DNA of 46,113 nt from Chiloscyllium plagiosum (taxonomy: Eukaryota), in the NCBI RefSeq assembly GCF_004010195.1, contig NC_057717.1, forward strand, positions 105,524,742-105,570,854, in the 5' to 3' direction. Position numbers and translations under genes: made by a program. How positions within the stretch are numbered: position 1 is the first letter of the stretch; every line of letters starts with the position of its first letter. The notes beneath the pieces were generated by a model. The model worked only from the letters and a program-made list of their open reading frames with translations, was not told the origin of the DNA and searched no databases. This document shows, in pieces, positions 44,940-46,113 of the stretch.

Positions 44940-46113
44940 ATACATGCTGGAGGGGGTCTCAGCAATAGAGAAGAGTGCAGGTGCTGGTAGACAATACAAG
45001 GATATCGAATATTGCAGGTGCTGGAGGAGAATACATGAATATGAGTCATACAGATGCTGGAGGAGGCAACTGTGATAGGGATGGAAATACGCTGGAGGCG
45101 ATGATTGATGTAGTGAGCAGTGTCAAAACTGGAGAAGTATAAATAAATAGGAAGTTGTGCAGCGACTGCAGAACAAAAATATGGGACGGTGTAGAGCTGG
45201 TAGACATTACAGAGTTAGGAATGAAAATATTTACCGAGATCAGGAGGGATGTAGTAGCTTGAGAGGTTTATAACGATAGGGAGGGGTGTAGGTATTAGAT
45301 CTGCTTACAGAGATATGGAGAATTAAAGTGCTGGCAGAGGCTAAAACAAAAGGCATGTGTGAAGATGCTGGAGAAATCTACAGAGGTAGGAGGGCCGTAT
45401 GTGCGAGAGGGGATTACAGTGATAAGGAGGAGTCTACTAAGTAGCTGGTGGAAGTTACAGAGATAAAGAAGGGAGTTGGCGTTTGTGGGTTGTGCGAGAT
45501 AGGGAATTATGTAATTGCTGGTGCAGGTTATTAAATAGGAACGGCTCTCATTATTGCAAAGATAAAGAGGAGTTGCAAAGATAAAGAGGAGTAAAGGGGC
45601 TAGAGGATGCTTCAGCGACAGGATTATACCTTCAGAGAAGTGTACACAGAATGGGAGGGTGATTCCTCCATACAGATATCAGGAGGAACGTCGGAGCTGG
45701 AGGAGATTACGGAGTTATTGAGCGATACATTCCGCACGAGGTTCTAGCGATAGGGAGAAATACAATAACTGGTAGAGGTTCCAGTGAGAAGGAATGTTTT
45801 CGGGTCGCCAGCAAGTTCCAGAGATAGAGAGGGATGCCAGTTTTGGACGAGGTTAAAGAAACAGGAAGAAGTGTAGAAATTGAGACTTGTGTGGAGGCTG
45901 CATGAGCTTATATGAACATAAAGGTATGTACCTGCTTGATGAGATTGCACAGAGGACAATGTTTGCCGGGGGCTGAAGAAGAATACAGAGATCAGAAGTT
46001 ATGTATAGCATCGTGGAGGTTATGGAGATCGGTAGTAGTGTCGGAGCTGATGGTCACAGAGAGCATGTGGGATATATATGCTGTTGGTGGTTACAGTGAA
46101 AGGAAGAGCTGTA
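44940..46113. repeat. Degenerate purine-rich tandem repeat (ttacagagatagggagggg / gctggaggag-like units)
   Basis: Recurrent acagagat and gctggag words with strong A/G bias. Confidence 0.6.

Noticed and set aside
44652..46113. Next upstream RALGPS exon
   Set aside because: No match to the expected NNLH..M.VVS.LQSAPIFRL motif was seen; the region is low-complexity repeat.

Overview
Eukaryotic, repeat-rich vertebrate DNA; the repeat content (HE1/V-SINE-like SINEs, DeuSINE, CR1, Tx1 and Penelope-like elements) points to a cartilaginous fish, probably a shark. Two spliced genes can be reconstructed by hand. (1) On the minus strand are the last 13 coding exons (44651 down to 8334; 1182 nt, 393 aa plus stop, all GT-AG and phase-consistent) of a divergent RALGPS-family Ral GEF, covering the end of the CDC25 domain, the linker, the PH domain and the C-terminal NLMSFE; its 5' exons lie beyond the window. 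(2) On the plus strand, nested in a 23.3 kb intron of that gene (21209-44524), is a complete 5-coding-exon angiopoietin-like gene (31099-39927, 497 aa) whose residues and exon structure best fit ANGPTL6. This suggests a third RALGPS/ANGPTL nested pair in addition to the known RALGPS1/ANGPTL2 and RALGPS2/ANGPTL1 pairs, with the host apparently lacking the SH3-binding PxxP motif. The window also has many inverted-repeat Penelope-like insertions whose arms carry minimal type I hammerhead ribozyme motifs. Several motifs are intact, including one in the probable ANGPTL 3' UTR. There are two N gaps (13668-13953, 29959-30458). All comparisons to human proteins and repeat consensi are from memory and need confirmation by alignment.
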